From positions 1 to 64,000 of IMG/VR virus record IMGVR_UViG_3300010383_000008: a DNA stretch of 64,000 bases. One strand, 5' to 3'. Positions 7,113 to 15,381 of this stretch are shown in pieces. Origin of the DNA: a virus. The notes under the pieces are model-generated. The model was given only the letters and a program-made list of their open reading frames with translations. It had not been told where the DNA came from and made no database searches. The position numbers were made by a program, and so were the translations under genes. The first letter of the stretch is position 1. Each line of letters starts with the position of its first letter.

Positions 7113-8036
7113 TTACTTCGCCGCAGCCTTCTTCATCATCGCCTGGGCGTGGGCCAGCACGGCGGACAGCGTCTTGGACTTCTGCTCGGCGCGCTTGCGG
7201 CGGCTTTCCTTGTAGCGGATTTCCATGATGTCCAGACAGTGCTCCAAGCTGTGAATCTGCTTGAAGCTGCCGTCTTTCTCCTGCACCACGCAGTAGGGCA
7301 TCGTGTTGTCACGCCCGTCGTCCGCCACCGCCGGCCAGCCGAACGCCTCGACGGTGAGCTGGAGGTAGATGTGCACTTCCTCCAGCGCGTCGAAAATCTG
7401 CTCGTAGTTGGCCTTGCGCTCCACGCCGCCGGCGACGTTGAACAGCCGCTCGCCAGTGACGGGATTGAACGCCAGTTCCTCGCCGTTGTCCGGGCCGAGA
7501 CCGACCGGGGCGTCGACGTGATCCTCGCGGGTATCGGCCGTCTCCGGCAGATCGGTGTCCCCGCGCGGGTCCAGCGCCTTGCGGTAGGCCATGTTGCCGC
7601 CGAAGTTCACCGCTTTCTGCACGGCGTAGCAGAGGCTGTAGATCGTGCCGACCGCCTGCGTGCTCTCGGCGCCGCCGATGATGAAATCGATGGCGGTGCC
7701 CAGATCGTGCCCGGCGGCGGCGATGATGCCGCCCAGCAGTTGCGCCTGGGCACGGGCCTGCTCGTCCTCCAGTCCGCGCCCGGTGTTCTCCGAGACGTTG
7801 ACCAGCGCGCGGTCGAGGAAGCTCTTGGCCAGCGGGCTGAGTCGAAACTCGGCCAGCTTGCCCGCCGCCACCTCGTGGTGCGGGGCGGCCGGCGCAGCCG
7901 GCTGCTCCGGGGCGCTGTCGCGCCCGCCATCGTCCAAGGCGCCCAGCGCCGCGGTGACGTCGACGGTGTCTTCCACCGCCAGCGCACCGCTGGCCTTGGG
8001 GGCATTCTTCAGGGTCAGGGTCTGCTTCGAAGCCAT
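7113..8036 (-). CDS. hypothetical protein, ~307 aa
   Basis: Long ORF. ATG 8036 (MASKQ) sits 8 nt after GGAG, whereas the ATG at 8042 is too close to the SD. No motif recognised. Confidence 0.65.
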   Translation of the reverse strand: MASKQTLTLKNAPKASGALAVEDTVDVTAALGALDDGGRDSAPEQPAAPAAPHHEVAAGKLAEFRLSPLAKSFLDRALVNVSENTGRGLEDEQARAQAQLLGGIIAAAGHDLGTAIDFIIGGAESTQAVGTIYSLCYAVQKAVNFGGNMAYRKALDPRGDTDLPETADTREDHVDAPVGLGPDNGEELAFNPVTGERLFNVAGGVERKANYEQIFDALEEVHIYLQLTVEAFGWPAVADDGRDNTMPYCVVQEKDGSFKQIHSLEHCLDIMEIRYKESRRKRAEQKSKTLSAVLAHAQAMMKKAAAK

Positions 8037-8174
8037 GATCATTTCTCCAGTTTGCGTGGTTGGTTGGGTTTACGGTGCTACGCGGCGCGGGTGCTCGTAC
8101 GCCATCCCAGTCAGGTTGTCTCTGTGCGCCCTAGATTCGTTGGGCCAACGTGTGCAGCACACCGTAGGCCGGTG

Positions 8175-8360
8175 CTACGCCTTGAACCGCGTGTCGCTGG
8201 CGATCAACGCCAGTTCGTTGCGCGCGGTCATCTCTGCCGCGGTCCAGCGCGTGGCTGCACCGCGGTAGTCGGTCTGAATGCAGGACTGCTCGTACAGTGA
8301 GTGGAAGCAGTAGTCCGCCCCCTGCGTGCCGGGCATCGGCGCTTCGGGCTCTGCCGCCAT
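8175..8360 (-). CDS. hypothetical protein, 61 aa
   Basis: ORF in the operon orientation, 4 nt after the upstream stop. No clear SD. Confidence 0.45.
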   Translation of the reverse strand: MAAEPEAPMPGTQGADYCFHSLYEQSCIQTDYRGAATRWTAAEMTARNELALIASDTRFKA

Positions 8361-8363
8361 CGG

Positions 8364-8570
8364 CTACGCGCCCGTGCGCGCGCGCGTGGCCTTGACCGCG
8401 TTGGCGATCTGCACGATCTCCAGCTTGCCCATCAGGTCGCCGACGGCCTCGCCGAGCTTGGTCGCCTCGACCTGCACGGCGTAGTTGTCCAGCGCACCGC
8501 TGGCGATGGTCTCGCCGGCGTCGTTGGTCACCGCAAAGCGGGCGTTGGTCACGGAAATGTCGATCTTCAT
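8364..8570 (-). CDS. hypothetical protein, 68 aa
   Basis: Start moved to ATG 8570 (MKIDISVTNARF), preceded by TTGGAGGTATCCC. Confidence 0.65.
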   Translation of the reverse strand: MKIDISVTNARFAVTNDAGETIASGALDNYAVQVEATKLGEAVGDLMGKLEIVQIANAVKATRARTGA

Positions 8571-8587
8571 GGGATACCTCCAAGGGT

Positions 8588-8876
8588 TCAGGAAAAGCGC
8601 CCGGCGTAGCGACGCCAGCCGTGCGCGATGGAATGCCGTTCGTAGCCGAACGCCCAGCGGTAGGCGCGCAGCCACACCGAAAACAGGATTGCTGCCGCCT
8701 CGGCCTGAATCAGGCCCTCGGTACTCGTGCCGAAGAACAGGAACAGGACCGCGCCGTGCAACACGACGTCGGTCCAGCCCTTGTAGCCGACCAGCCGGCG
8801 CACGGTGCGCGCCGACAGGTGGGTGATCAGCAGGAAGAACGCCGCGAAGCTGACCAGCGCTTCAGCGAACCACACG
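8588..8876 (-). CDS. putative membrane protein, ~96 aa (GTG start)
   Basis: Hydrophobic sequence VWFAEALVSFAAFFLLITHL..VVLHGAVLFLFFG..AAAILFSVWL. GTG 8876 overlaps the upstream gene end; the start is uncertain. Confidence 0.5.
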
Positions 8877-9188
8877 GCGTGCAGCCTTCTTCGGGGCCTT
8901 GCGCGCGGCGCGCTTGACTTCCTTGCGCTGCGCAGCGCGCTTCTTGGCGATGAGCTCGGCGGTGCGCTCGGCGATGTACAGCCGATCGGCCGCATCCTCA
9001 TGCGCATTGACCGTGTCGGCCAGCACGTTGGCCTCGGCCAGCTTGCGCGAGGTGTATTCGAGCCGGGCGCCATGTGCCGCGTTCGAGGCGGCACCGACCA
9101 CGCGCAGCGCGCCGCTGCCCAAGCGGCGGGCCACGGCCACCACACCATCCTCGGCGCGGCCGAGCAGGAACGAAGGACGAATGTTCAT
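8862..9188 (-). CDS. hypothetical protein, 108 aa, basic C-terminus
   Basis: ATG preceded by TAGGAGACATCACG. No motif recognised. Confidence 0.65.
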   Translation of the reverse strand: MNIRPSFLLGRAEDGVVAVARRLGSGALRVVGAASNAAHGARLEYTSRKLAEANVLADTVNAHEDAADRLYIAERTAELIAKKRAAQRKEVKRAARKAPKKAARRVVR

Positions 9189-9231
9189 CGTGATGTCTCC
9201 TAGTGGACAGGATTGTCCATGGGTAGCATGG

Positions 9232-9256
9232 TGCTAGGCGGCCAACGGCCGCCTAG
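9232..9256 (-). promoter_or_regulatory. intercistronic stem-loop
   Basis: 10-bp perfect stem CTAGGCGGCC/GGCCGCCTAG with a 3-nt loop, between genes 9260..9490 and 8862..9188. No U-tract. Confidence 0.5.
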
Positions 9257-9259
9257 GCT

Positions 9260-9490
9260 TTAGAACGCCACACGTACCGAGCGTCCGGTACGCATGGCTT
9301 CCTCCCGTGCCAGTGCCATTGCTTCGCTGCGGCAACTGGGCGCGCGCGGCGCCGGCTTCGCCAGCAGCGCGGCCTCGGCATCGCGCAGGTTGGCCTCCAG
9401 GCGCGCCTTGTCGGCGCGCAACTGGCTCACTTCGTGGCGCAGCGCGTCCAACTCGCGCGCCATGTCAGCTTTGGTCTTCGTCTTGGCCAT
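9260..9490 (-). CDS. coiled-coil protein, 76 aa
   Basis: MAKTKTKADMARELDALRHEVSQLRADKARLEANL.. with GGAG upstream. Confidence 0.6.
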   Translation of the reverse strand: MAKTKTKADMARELDALRHEVSQLRADKARLEANLRDAEAALLAKPAPRAPSCRSEAMALAREEAMRTGRSVRVAF

Positions 9491-9532
9491 GATCCGTACT
9501 CCGTAGGTTGATGAGTAGCAGGACGAAGCGCG

Positions 9533-9718
9533 TTAGCGCTTCGCCACCTTGCGGGCAGCCTTACGCGCCACGGGCGCAGCCGGCGGCGCCAAGCTGGCCT
9601 TGTAGGCAGCGCTGGCCTGTGCCGCTGCCGCGGCATGGGCGGCCACCACCGGCTTGGCAGCCGCATACAGTTCCAGCGACTTGTCTTCGACAAAACGGAT
9701 GAGAGCCGAAATACGCAT
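9533..9718 (-). CDS. hypothetical Ala-rich protein, 61 aa
   Basis: ATG preceded by TTGGAGAACTCTC. First gene of block B. Confidence 0.55.
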   Translation of the reverse strand: MRISALIRFVEDKSLELYAAAKPVVAAHAAAAAQASAAYKASLAPPAAPVARKAARKVAKR

Positions 9719-9780
9719 GAGAGTTCTCCAAGTGATCGGGATTGATCATGGAGAACGCAGTGCTGGGATGGCGAAGCCAT

Positions 9781-9792
9781 CCCCCCGGGGGG
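9781..9792. repeat. perfect 12-bp palindrome CCCCCCGGGGGG (copy 1)
   Basis: Embedded in the near-palindrome CCATCCCCCCGGGGGGTATGG (9777-9797). Confidence 0.9.
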
Positions 9793-9903
9793 TATGGAGT
9801 TCCTTTCGAGAAAGCCATGGCGCAAAAGCGATGACCGAGGGCCGTTGCACTGGGGGTAAGGGTAGGGGGGACCCTGACCGGCTGTGAGGCATTTTTCTGT
9901 GAC

Positions 9904-9931
9904 AAAAAGCACCCCCCGGGGGGTTCTTTTT
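9904..9931. terminator. C6G6 palindrome (copy 2) flanked by A5 and T-runs; looks like a bidirectional terminator or insulator
   Basis: AAAAAGCACCCCCCGGGGGGTTCTTTTT is nearly its own reverse complement. The C6G6 core is at 9912-9923. Confidence 0.45.
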
Positions 9932-9967
9932 CTGGGTTTTTGCAGTTAGTCTCCTTCACAGCAAGTT

Positions 9968-9986
9968 CACGGCACCTCCTGCCGTG
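9968..9986 (+). promoter_or_regulatory. 7-bp perfect stem-loop just upstream of the rightward operon
   Basis: CACGGCA cctcc TGCCGTG. Confidence 0.4.
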
Positions 9987-10016
9987 CCCCCGGCTATATT
10001 TCTGAGGTCCTGGCGC

Positions 10017-10322
10017 ATGGCCGAGAGCACTGAGAACGACGGGCACAAGCGCTATTCGCTTGGGCCTGTGGAGCGTTGGATCATCATCGCCGGCGCGGGA
10101 CTGATCATCTGGATCGTCCGCGGCTCGTACTCTCAGCTCGAAGAGCAAGGCAAGACGCTCAATGCGTTGGTCACCCAGCAGGCCGTGACTAATGGCCGTC
10201 TCGACACGCTCTCTTCTCAGCTCGCCAATATCCCGCAGTTGACACAAAAAGTCGCCGACTTGCAGGCCAAGCAGGACGATCACGACCGCCGCATCAACCG
10301 ACTCGAAGAGGGTAGGAAATGA
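10017..10322 (+). CDS. membrane-anchored coiled-coil protein, 101 aa (lysis-region protein)
   Basis: ATG 10017 (MAESTEN) with GAGG 9 nt upstream. One TM segment (WIIIAGAGLIIWIV) followed by a heptad-like region. Confidence 0.5.
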   Translation: MAESTENDGHKRYSLGPVERWIIIAGAGLIIWIVRGSYSQLEEQGKTLNALVTQQAVTNGRLDTLSSQLANIPQLTQKVADLQAKQDDHDRRINRLEEGRK

Positions 10323-10537
10323 GCTTGAAGTCCTGGTTCAAGGCGCGAAGCGCCTATTTCAACGCGCTGCTGGTGCTGTTCCCGACCGCCTGGCTGGGCT
10401 CGGCCGAGCTGCAAGCAGCACTGCCGCCAGCGCTGGTCAGCAAAATCGCCATTCTGGTCGGTCTGGTCCGCTTCTATAACCTCTACCGCGCGTCGCTCCC
10501 GCCCAAGGTCGACGAGTCCGACAAGGCAGGCGCCTAA
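10319..10537 (+). CDS. putative holin, 72 aa
   Basis: Two hydrophobic helices and a charged C-terminus. ATGA overlap upstream; directly precedes the endolysin. Confidence 0.65.
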   Translation: MSLKSWFKARSAYFNALLVLFPTAWLGSAELQAALPPALVSKIAILVGLVRFYNLYRASLPPKVDESDKAGA

Positions 10538-11026
10538 ATGGCCCACATTACCGCCGAGGAAGCCGGCAGCTACAACATCTGCGCCTTCCTCGATATGCTC
10601 CGCTGGTCCGAAATCGGCGAATCGATGCTCGGCCAGTCGGACGACGGTTATAACGTGCTGGTCGGCTCCACGCCGACGCGCATGAAGCTCTTCGACAGCT
10701 ACGCGCGGCACCCGAACGTGTACGACGCGACCTGCCGCTCGACCGCGGCCGGCGGCTACCAGTTCCTGTTCCGTATCTGGACCGCCTACCAGCGCCAGCT
10801 CAAGCTGGAGGACTTCTCGCCGATCAACCAGGACCGGGCCGCGATCCAGATTCTGAAAGAGCAGCACGCCTACGGGCAGATCATGAAGGGCTTCGCCTTT
10901 TCCGGCATCAAGCGGGTGGCCAACATCTGGGCGTCCCTGCCCGACGCCGGCTATGGCCAGCACGAACACCCGATGAAGGCCCTGCTGGAGCAGTACGAAG
11001 CCGCTCGCGCGCGGTACCCGGCATGA
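10538..11026 (+). CDS. endolysin, lambda R-like lytic transglycosylase
   Basis: AFLDMLRWSEIG.., ..STAAGGYQFLFRIWTAYQRQLKLEDFSP.NQD.., ..NIWASLPDAGYGQHEH closely parallel the lambda R sequence. Confidence 0.9.
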   Translation: MAHITAEEAGSYNICAFLDMLRWSEIGESMLGQSDDGYNVLVGSTPTRMKLFDSYARHPNVYDATCRSTAAGGYQFLFRIWTAYQRQLKLEDFSPINQDRAAIQILKEQHAYGQIMKGFAFSGIKRVANIWASLPDAGYGQHEHPMKALLEQYEAARARYPA

Positions 11027-11223
11027 GCGAGCCGGCCTCGGTGAGCATCTCCATCCCGCTGGCCTGCGGCTGCGTGCTGCGCCACACGGTGCAGGAGCTG
11101 CCCAACGTGACCGAAAGCTACTCCGGCCCCGAGGGCGACGCGTTCCTGTCCTACGCGCGCGCCATCCTGGGCTACTGGTTCCGCAACCACGCCTCGCACC
11201 ACCACTGCCCGGAGCAAAAATGA
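11023..11223 (+). CDS. hypothetical protein, 66 aa
   Basis: ATGA overlaps on both sides. Confidence 0.55.
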   Translation: MSEPASVSISIPLACGCVLRHTVQELPNVTESYSGPEGDAFLSYARAILGYWFRNHASHHHCPEQK

Positions 11224-11468
11224 GCCTGAAAATCGTCGATTTTCCGCAGTCGGCGGTGCACACGCCCAAGGCGCTGGCGCTGGCGTTGCGCGAACTGGCG
11301 GAGGACCTCGAAAAAGGCACGATTCCCGAGGTGGCGCGCATCCATCTGCTGTTCGAGCACGAAAATGCGACGGTCTCCTACGCGGCGATCGGCAAGGCGT
11401 GCAGCGATTACCACCGGATCGGCGTGTTCACCCACGCCGGCATTGTGTTGTCGGAAACCATGGACTGA
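11220..11468 (+). CDS. hypothetical protein, 82 aa
   Basis: ATGA overlap upstream; intact ORF. Confidence 0.55.
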   Translation: MSLKIVDFPQSAVHTPKALALALRELAEDLEKGTIPEVARIHLLFEHENATVSYAAIGKACSDYHRIGVFTHAGIVLSETMD

Positions 11469-11473
11469 TCGCC

Positions 11474-11890
11474 ATGTTCGAGTGTCCGAGCTACCTGAAA
11501 ATCGGGCTTTTTGCCCTCGCCGCAGCGCTCTTGGCCGTTGGCGTCGGGTACTGGCGCCACCACATCTTTGAAAATGGCTTCGCCGCCGGCGTCAAAAGCC
11601 AGCAGGACGCGGACAAAAAGCTCGAAAAGCACAACGAAAAGGTGCACGACGTCACAAAACAGGCCATTTCCGGCGTTGATGTCGCGGCAAGCACCGCCGC
11701 GAGCACCGCCAAGGCGCACACGACCGTCGTCGTCAAGACGGTGGAGAAAATCGTCCATGAAAACCCTGATTTTGCTGCTGTGCGCCGCCCTGCTGAGCTT
11801 GAGCGGCTGCGCCTCGAACAAATTACAAGGTTACGCGCGCTCGCAGCTCCTGGCGCCCAGCCCGCCGCAGGCAGCTCTTCGCCCGAATAA
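11474..11890 (+). CDS. i-spanin (Rz-like)
   Basis: Start at ATG 11474 (MFECPSYLKIGLFALAAALLAVGVGYW). N-terminal TM segment, then a charged helical periplasmic domain, in the lysis cassette. Confidence 0.7.
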   Translation: MFECPSYLKIGLFALAAALLAVGVGYWRHHIFENGFAAGVKSQQDADKKLEKHNEKVHDVTKQAISGVDVAASTAASTAKAHTTVVVKTVEKIVHENPDFAAVRRPAELERLRLEQITRLRALAAPGAQPAAGSSSPE

Positions 11891-12104
11891 GTTGCTCCCG
11901 GCCGAAAAACCGGGCGCTCCGCTGGCCGTCACCGAGCGTAATGACGCGATTATGCGCGGCGAGCTGGAGCAGTGTATGATCGCGCACCAAGCGGGTCTGG
12001 ATTACTTCAAAATCCTGGAAATTCATGGCTATATTGCCCCCCAACGAGCTGGAAATGCTGGAAAGGGAGCTCCGGGTGCTGCAAACGCCCGCGACGGCCC
12101 GTGA
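11757..12104 (+). CDS. o-spanin (Rz1-like lipoprotein), overlapping the i-spanin gene in another frame
   Basis: MKTLILLLCAALLSLSGC lipobox followed by a Pro-rich mature region. Starts inside the i-spanin gene and extends past it. Unusually long at 115 aa. Confidence 0.6.
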   Translation: MKTLILLLCAALLSLSGCASNKLQGYARSQLLAPSPPQAALRPNKLLPAEKPGAPLAVTERNDAIMRGELEQCMIAHQAGLDYFKILEIHGYIAPQRAGNAGKGAPGAANARDGP

Positions 12105-12186
12105 AAAGGCCGCGCAGTCGGCGCAATTCGAGCAGCTGTTGTCGTACTTGACCGAACTGGCTAACAACAGGGGATTTGCACTGTGA
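12025..12186 (+). CDS. small helical protein, 53 aa (below the ORF-track cutoff)
   Basis: MAILPPNELEMLERELRVLQTPATAREKAAQSAQFEQLLSYLTELANNRGFAL. Its TGA overlaps the GTG of the next ORF (GTGA). Confidence 0.45.
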   Translation: MAILPPNELEMLERELRVLQTPATAREKAAQSAQFEQLLSYLTELANNRGFAL

Positions 12187-12374
12187 AAGGCATGACCGAA
12201 GCCGAGCGCAAAGCGCTGATTTCGTCGGGCGTCAACCGCCGCGAACGGCGCCGGCTCGTCGCCGCCCGGCGCGAGCAGCACAGTGCGTACAAAGCCTACG
12301 AGCGCCACATGGCGCGCGGCGGCTACAAGACCGACCACGACGAATTCGACCAGCTGGTCCGGGGCGCCTCGTGA
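12183..12374 (+). CDS. hypothetical basic protein, 63 aa
   Basis: GTGA-coupled on both sides; an alternative ATG start lies at 12192. Confidence 0.5.
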   Translation: MKGMTEAERKALISSGVNRRERRRLVAARREQHSAYKAYERHMARGGYKTDHDEFDQLVRGAS

Positions 12375-12745
12375 AACAGCCGCTCACCCTCGCGCTCTAC
12401 ATCTACCAGGGCCAGACCTTCGACGACCGCCTGGCGTTGACCAACGCCGACGGCACGCCGGTGGACCTGACCGGGTACACCGCGCGGATGCAGGCACGCG
12501 AGGCGATCACTGACGTCACGCCAATCCTGGACTGGTCGAGCACCGACGGCGAGATCGTGATCGACGGCCCCGCCGGCACGATCACGTTCAACGTCAGCGC
12601 CACCGCCACCGCGGCGCTACCGACAGCCAACGAGTTCGCCAGCTGGGTCTACGACCTGCGGCTGGTCAACAGCGCGACCCCGCCCTACGCCGAGCGCGTG
12701 GTGCAAGGCACCCTGAACGTGTCCCCGGCGGTCACCCGCGAATGA
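12371..12745 (+). CDS. hypothetical beta-sandwich-like virion/fibre-associated protein, 124 aa
   Basis: GTG 12371 in a GTGA overlap. LALYIYQGQTFDDRLALTNADGTPVDLTGYTARMQ resembles the N-terminal domains of phage baseplate and minor tail proteins. Confidence 0.5.
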   Translation: MKQPLTLALYIYQGQTFDDRLALTNADGTPVDLTGYTARMQAREAITDVTPILDWSSTDGEIVIDGPAGTITFNVSATATAALPTANEFASWVYDLRLVNSATPPYAERVVQGTLNVSPAVTRE

Positions 12746-12930
12746 ACTATTTCGTCGTCAACCTGAAGGACCGCGCCGACAACCGCACCGTGCAGACAGT
12801 GTGCGTGATCGCCGCGCCCGACGCCGCGGCGGCATACCAGCGCTACCTGAAGCTGTCGGCAGGTGAGCCGAACCGGCATTACTTGTCGCTGGAAGCGGCG
12901 CCTGTCCCACTGGTGACGAGCGATGCCTGA
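12742..12930 (+). CDS. hypothetical protein, 62 aa
   Basis: ATGA overlap upstream. Confidence 0.5.
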   Translation: MNYFVVNLKDRADNRTVQTVCVIAAPDAAAAYQRYLKLSAGEPNRHYLSLEAAPVPLVTSDA

Positions 12931-13492
12931 GCAGATCACCGTCGTCATCGATCAGCCGCGCACGATCACCAACGTGACGCGGCAGAACGTGGCCACGGTA
13001 GTACAGCGCACCGCCGCGGGCAGCACGCTGACCCGCCAGCAGGTGGGCACGGTCGCGGTAGAGAAGATCGCCGTCGCCGACCGCACGGCACAGACGACCA
13101 CGGTCGGCCTGCCCGGGCTCCAGGGGCCGCCCGGGTCGACCGGCGCACCCACGGTGACCCTGCCGGCCGCCGGCGCGCTCCAGGGCCATTTCCTGGTCCG
13201 CAGCGACGGCACCCAGTTCCACGCGGTGGACACAAGCAACCCAGACCACGCCGCCGAGGTCGTCGGTATCGCGCTCGGCTCGACGTCGGCCGCCGGGCAG
13301 TCGCTGACCGCGCAGACCGCCGGGCCGATCACCGACTCCAACTGGAGCTGGGCGCCCGGCGTCGTGTGGTGCGGCGCCGACGGCCGCCTGACCCAGACAC
13401 CCCCGTCGCTTGGCTGGCTGATGCAGGCCGGACGGGTCATCTCCCCGACCACCGTCGACATCGACATCGAACAACCCATCTACCGAGGCTGA
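12923..13492 (+). CDS. tail fibre-like protein with a short collagen-like motif
   Basis: GLPGLQGPPGSTG segment. The C-terminal domain is paralogous to that of the next gene; both end ..I(E/G)QPI(Y/V)R. Confidence 0.6.
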   Translation: MPEQITVVIDQPRTITNVTRQNVATVVQRTAAGSTLTRQQVGTVAVEKIAVADRTAQTTTVGLPGLQGPPGSTGAPTVTLPAAGALQGHFLVRSDGTQFHAVDTSNPDHAAEVVGIALGSTSAAGQSLTAQTAGPITDSNWSWAPGVVWCGADGRLTQTPPSLGWLMQAGRVISPTTVDIDIEQPIYRG

Positions 13493-13493
13493 C

Positions 13494-14009
13494 ATGAACT
13501 TCCTGACCCTCATCGGCAACAAGATCAGCGAGTTCGCCGGTCTGGTGACCAGCACCGGCGCCGCCGACGCCGGCAAAATCCCCGCGCTGGACTCGACCGG
13601 CCGGCTGGATACCTCGGTGATGCCCGCCGGTATCGGCGCGGATACCAAAGCGATCACCGCTTCCGAAGCGCTGACCGCCGGCGACTACGTGAACATCTAC
13701 GATAACGCCGGCACCGCCAACTGCCGCAAGGCGTCCGCCGCCGACGCCACCAAGCCGGCGCACGGTTACGTGCTGAACAACGTCTCCAGCGCCGCCACGG
13801 CCACGGTCTACTTCGAGGGGCCGAACACCGCGCTCACCGGACTGACCTCCGGCACCACCTACGTGCTCTCGGCCGCCACACCAGGCGGGGTGGTTGCGCA
13901 GGCGTCCGCGCCGGCGGCCGACGGCAACATCCTCCAGGTGGTGGGGGTGGCCACGGCCGCCAGCGAAATCAACACCGAGATCGGCCAGCCGATCGTCCGG
14001 GCTGCGTAA
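13494..14009 (+). CDS. tail fibre-like protein
   Basis: The N-terminal KIPALDSTGRLDTSVMP motif is typical of fibre proteins. The C-terminal domain is similar to that of 12923..13492. Confidence 0.6.
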   Translation: MNFLTLIGNKISEFAGLVTSTGAADAGKIPALDSTGRLDTSVMPAGIGADTKAITASEALTAGDYVNIYDNAGTANCRKASAADATKPAHGYVLNNVSSAATATVYFEGPNTALTGLTSGTTYVLSAATPGGVVAQASAPAADGNILQVVGVATAASEINTEIGQPIVRAA

Positions 14010-15377
14010 ATGGCGCTGCGACGGCCGCTGGTGATCGGCACGGCGAGCCTGGCGACGGAGCTCCCGGCCACCGACCAGCTCGCGCGCACATGCGTCCAGG
14101 GATTTATCCCCGCCGTCCCCGAGGCGTACGGCGCGGTGGGCGACGGCGTCACCGACGACTCGACCGCGATCAACGCGATGCTGGCCGCCAATCGCGTCGC
14201 CTGGCTGACGCCGGGCAAAACGTACGCCATCGCCGCCGCGCTGTTGATCCCGTCCAACACGACCTTGTTCGCCTATGGCGCCACGGTGATCCGCGGCGCG
14301 GCCATCGACAACTTGCTGCGCAACGCCGCGGACGGCACCACGGGCGGCTACGGCGCCAACAGCGGGATAACCGTGATGGGAGGGACGTGGGACGGCGCGA
14401 CGTCGACCTACCCCGCAAACAACGCGACCCTGCTCGCCTTCGGGCACTGCACCGACGTCACAGTCCGCGATGCGACGTTGCAGAACACGACCGGCTTCCA
14501 CTTCATCGAGGTGAACGCCTGCAAGGACGTGCTGATCGACAACTGCACGTTCTCCGGGGGTGCCGAACAAGCGTCAACCACCATGGAAGCGGTGCAGATC
14601 GACGCGGCCATCAGCTCGGCGCAGTTCCCGTGGTTCGGACCATACGACGGCCGGGTGTGCAACAGCATCACGGTGCGCGACTCCCACTTCTACTCGTGCG
14701 GGTCGGGCGTGGGTACCCACTCCGATCCGGCCTCGCAGCACCTGAACATCAAGGTGCTGACCTGCGTCTTCGAGGACTGTTATTGGGCGTCTGTCCGCGG
14801 GCAGGCGTGGTCGGGCGTACAGATCATCGGCAACACGATCAGTGGCGGCTACCACGGCGTCCTCGCCACGCCGGCCGCGGCATTCTCGATCAGCGACTGG
14901 CTGGTGGAAGGCAACACCATCAGCGGCGTGGGCACCAGTGGTTACAGCGCCGCAAGCGCCGGCCGCCCGGTTTCGATGGGGCTCAACGGCACGTACAGCA
15001 CCCAGCAGGTCCGCATCCTGGGGAACGTCATCAAAAACTGCACCGGCAACGCACAGTACGCGATCTACCTCAACGGCTCGATAAAGTTCACCGTGACCGG
15101 CAACGTCGTGAGCAACCACAACGGGCACGGCATCTATTCCTTCGGTGCCTCGTACGGGTCGCTGACCGCCAACGAGGTGGACACCTCCAACGGCGGTAAC
15201 GGCATGGCCATCTCCAACTCCACCGAAGTGGCCGTAACCGGTAACCGCACGCCGATCATCAGCTTCTACAACAGCACCGACGTGGTGTACGCCCACAACG
15301 TGGTCGGCACCAGCCACTCGATCACGGGCACCACCGGCATCACGACGCCGAACCGGGTCAACGGGGCGACGGTCTAA
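14010..15377 (+). CDS. tailspike / polysaccharide depolymerase with a pectate-lyase-like beta-helix
   Basis: PEAYGAVGDGVTDDSTAINAML motif, followed by repetitive N/G/T-rich beta-helix-like turns. Confidence 0.75.
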   Translation: MALRRPLVIGTASLATELPATDQLARTCVQGFIPAVPEAYGAVGDGVTDDSTAINAMLAANRVAWLTPGKTYAIAAALLIPSNTTLFAYGATVIRGAAIDNLLRNAADGTTGGYGANSGITVMGGTWDGATSTYPANNATLLAFGHCTDVTVRDATLQNTTGFHFIEVNACKDVLIDNCTFSGGAEQASTTMEAVQIDAAISSAQFPWFGPYDGRVCNSITVRDSHFYSCGSGVGTHSDPASQHLNIKVLTCVFEDCYWASVRGQAWSGVQIIGNTISGGYHGVLATPAAAFSISDWLVEGNTISGVGTSGYSAASAGRPVSMGLNGTYSTQQVRILGNVIKNCTGNAQYAIYLNGSIKFTVTGNVVSNHNGHGIYSFGASYGSLTANEVDTSNGGNGMAISNSTEVAVTGNRTPIISFYNSTDVVYAHNVVGTSHSITGTTGITTPNRVNGATV

Positions 15378-15381
15378 AAAC

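Noticed and set aside
9654-9887. A 77-aa plus-strand ORF lies between the two C6G6 palindromes.
   Set aside because: It overlaps the start of gene 9533-9718 on the other strand, has no RBS, and gives a low-complexity translation. The region is more likely non-coding or an ncRNA.
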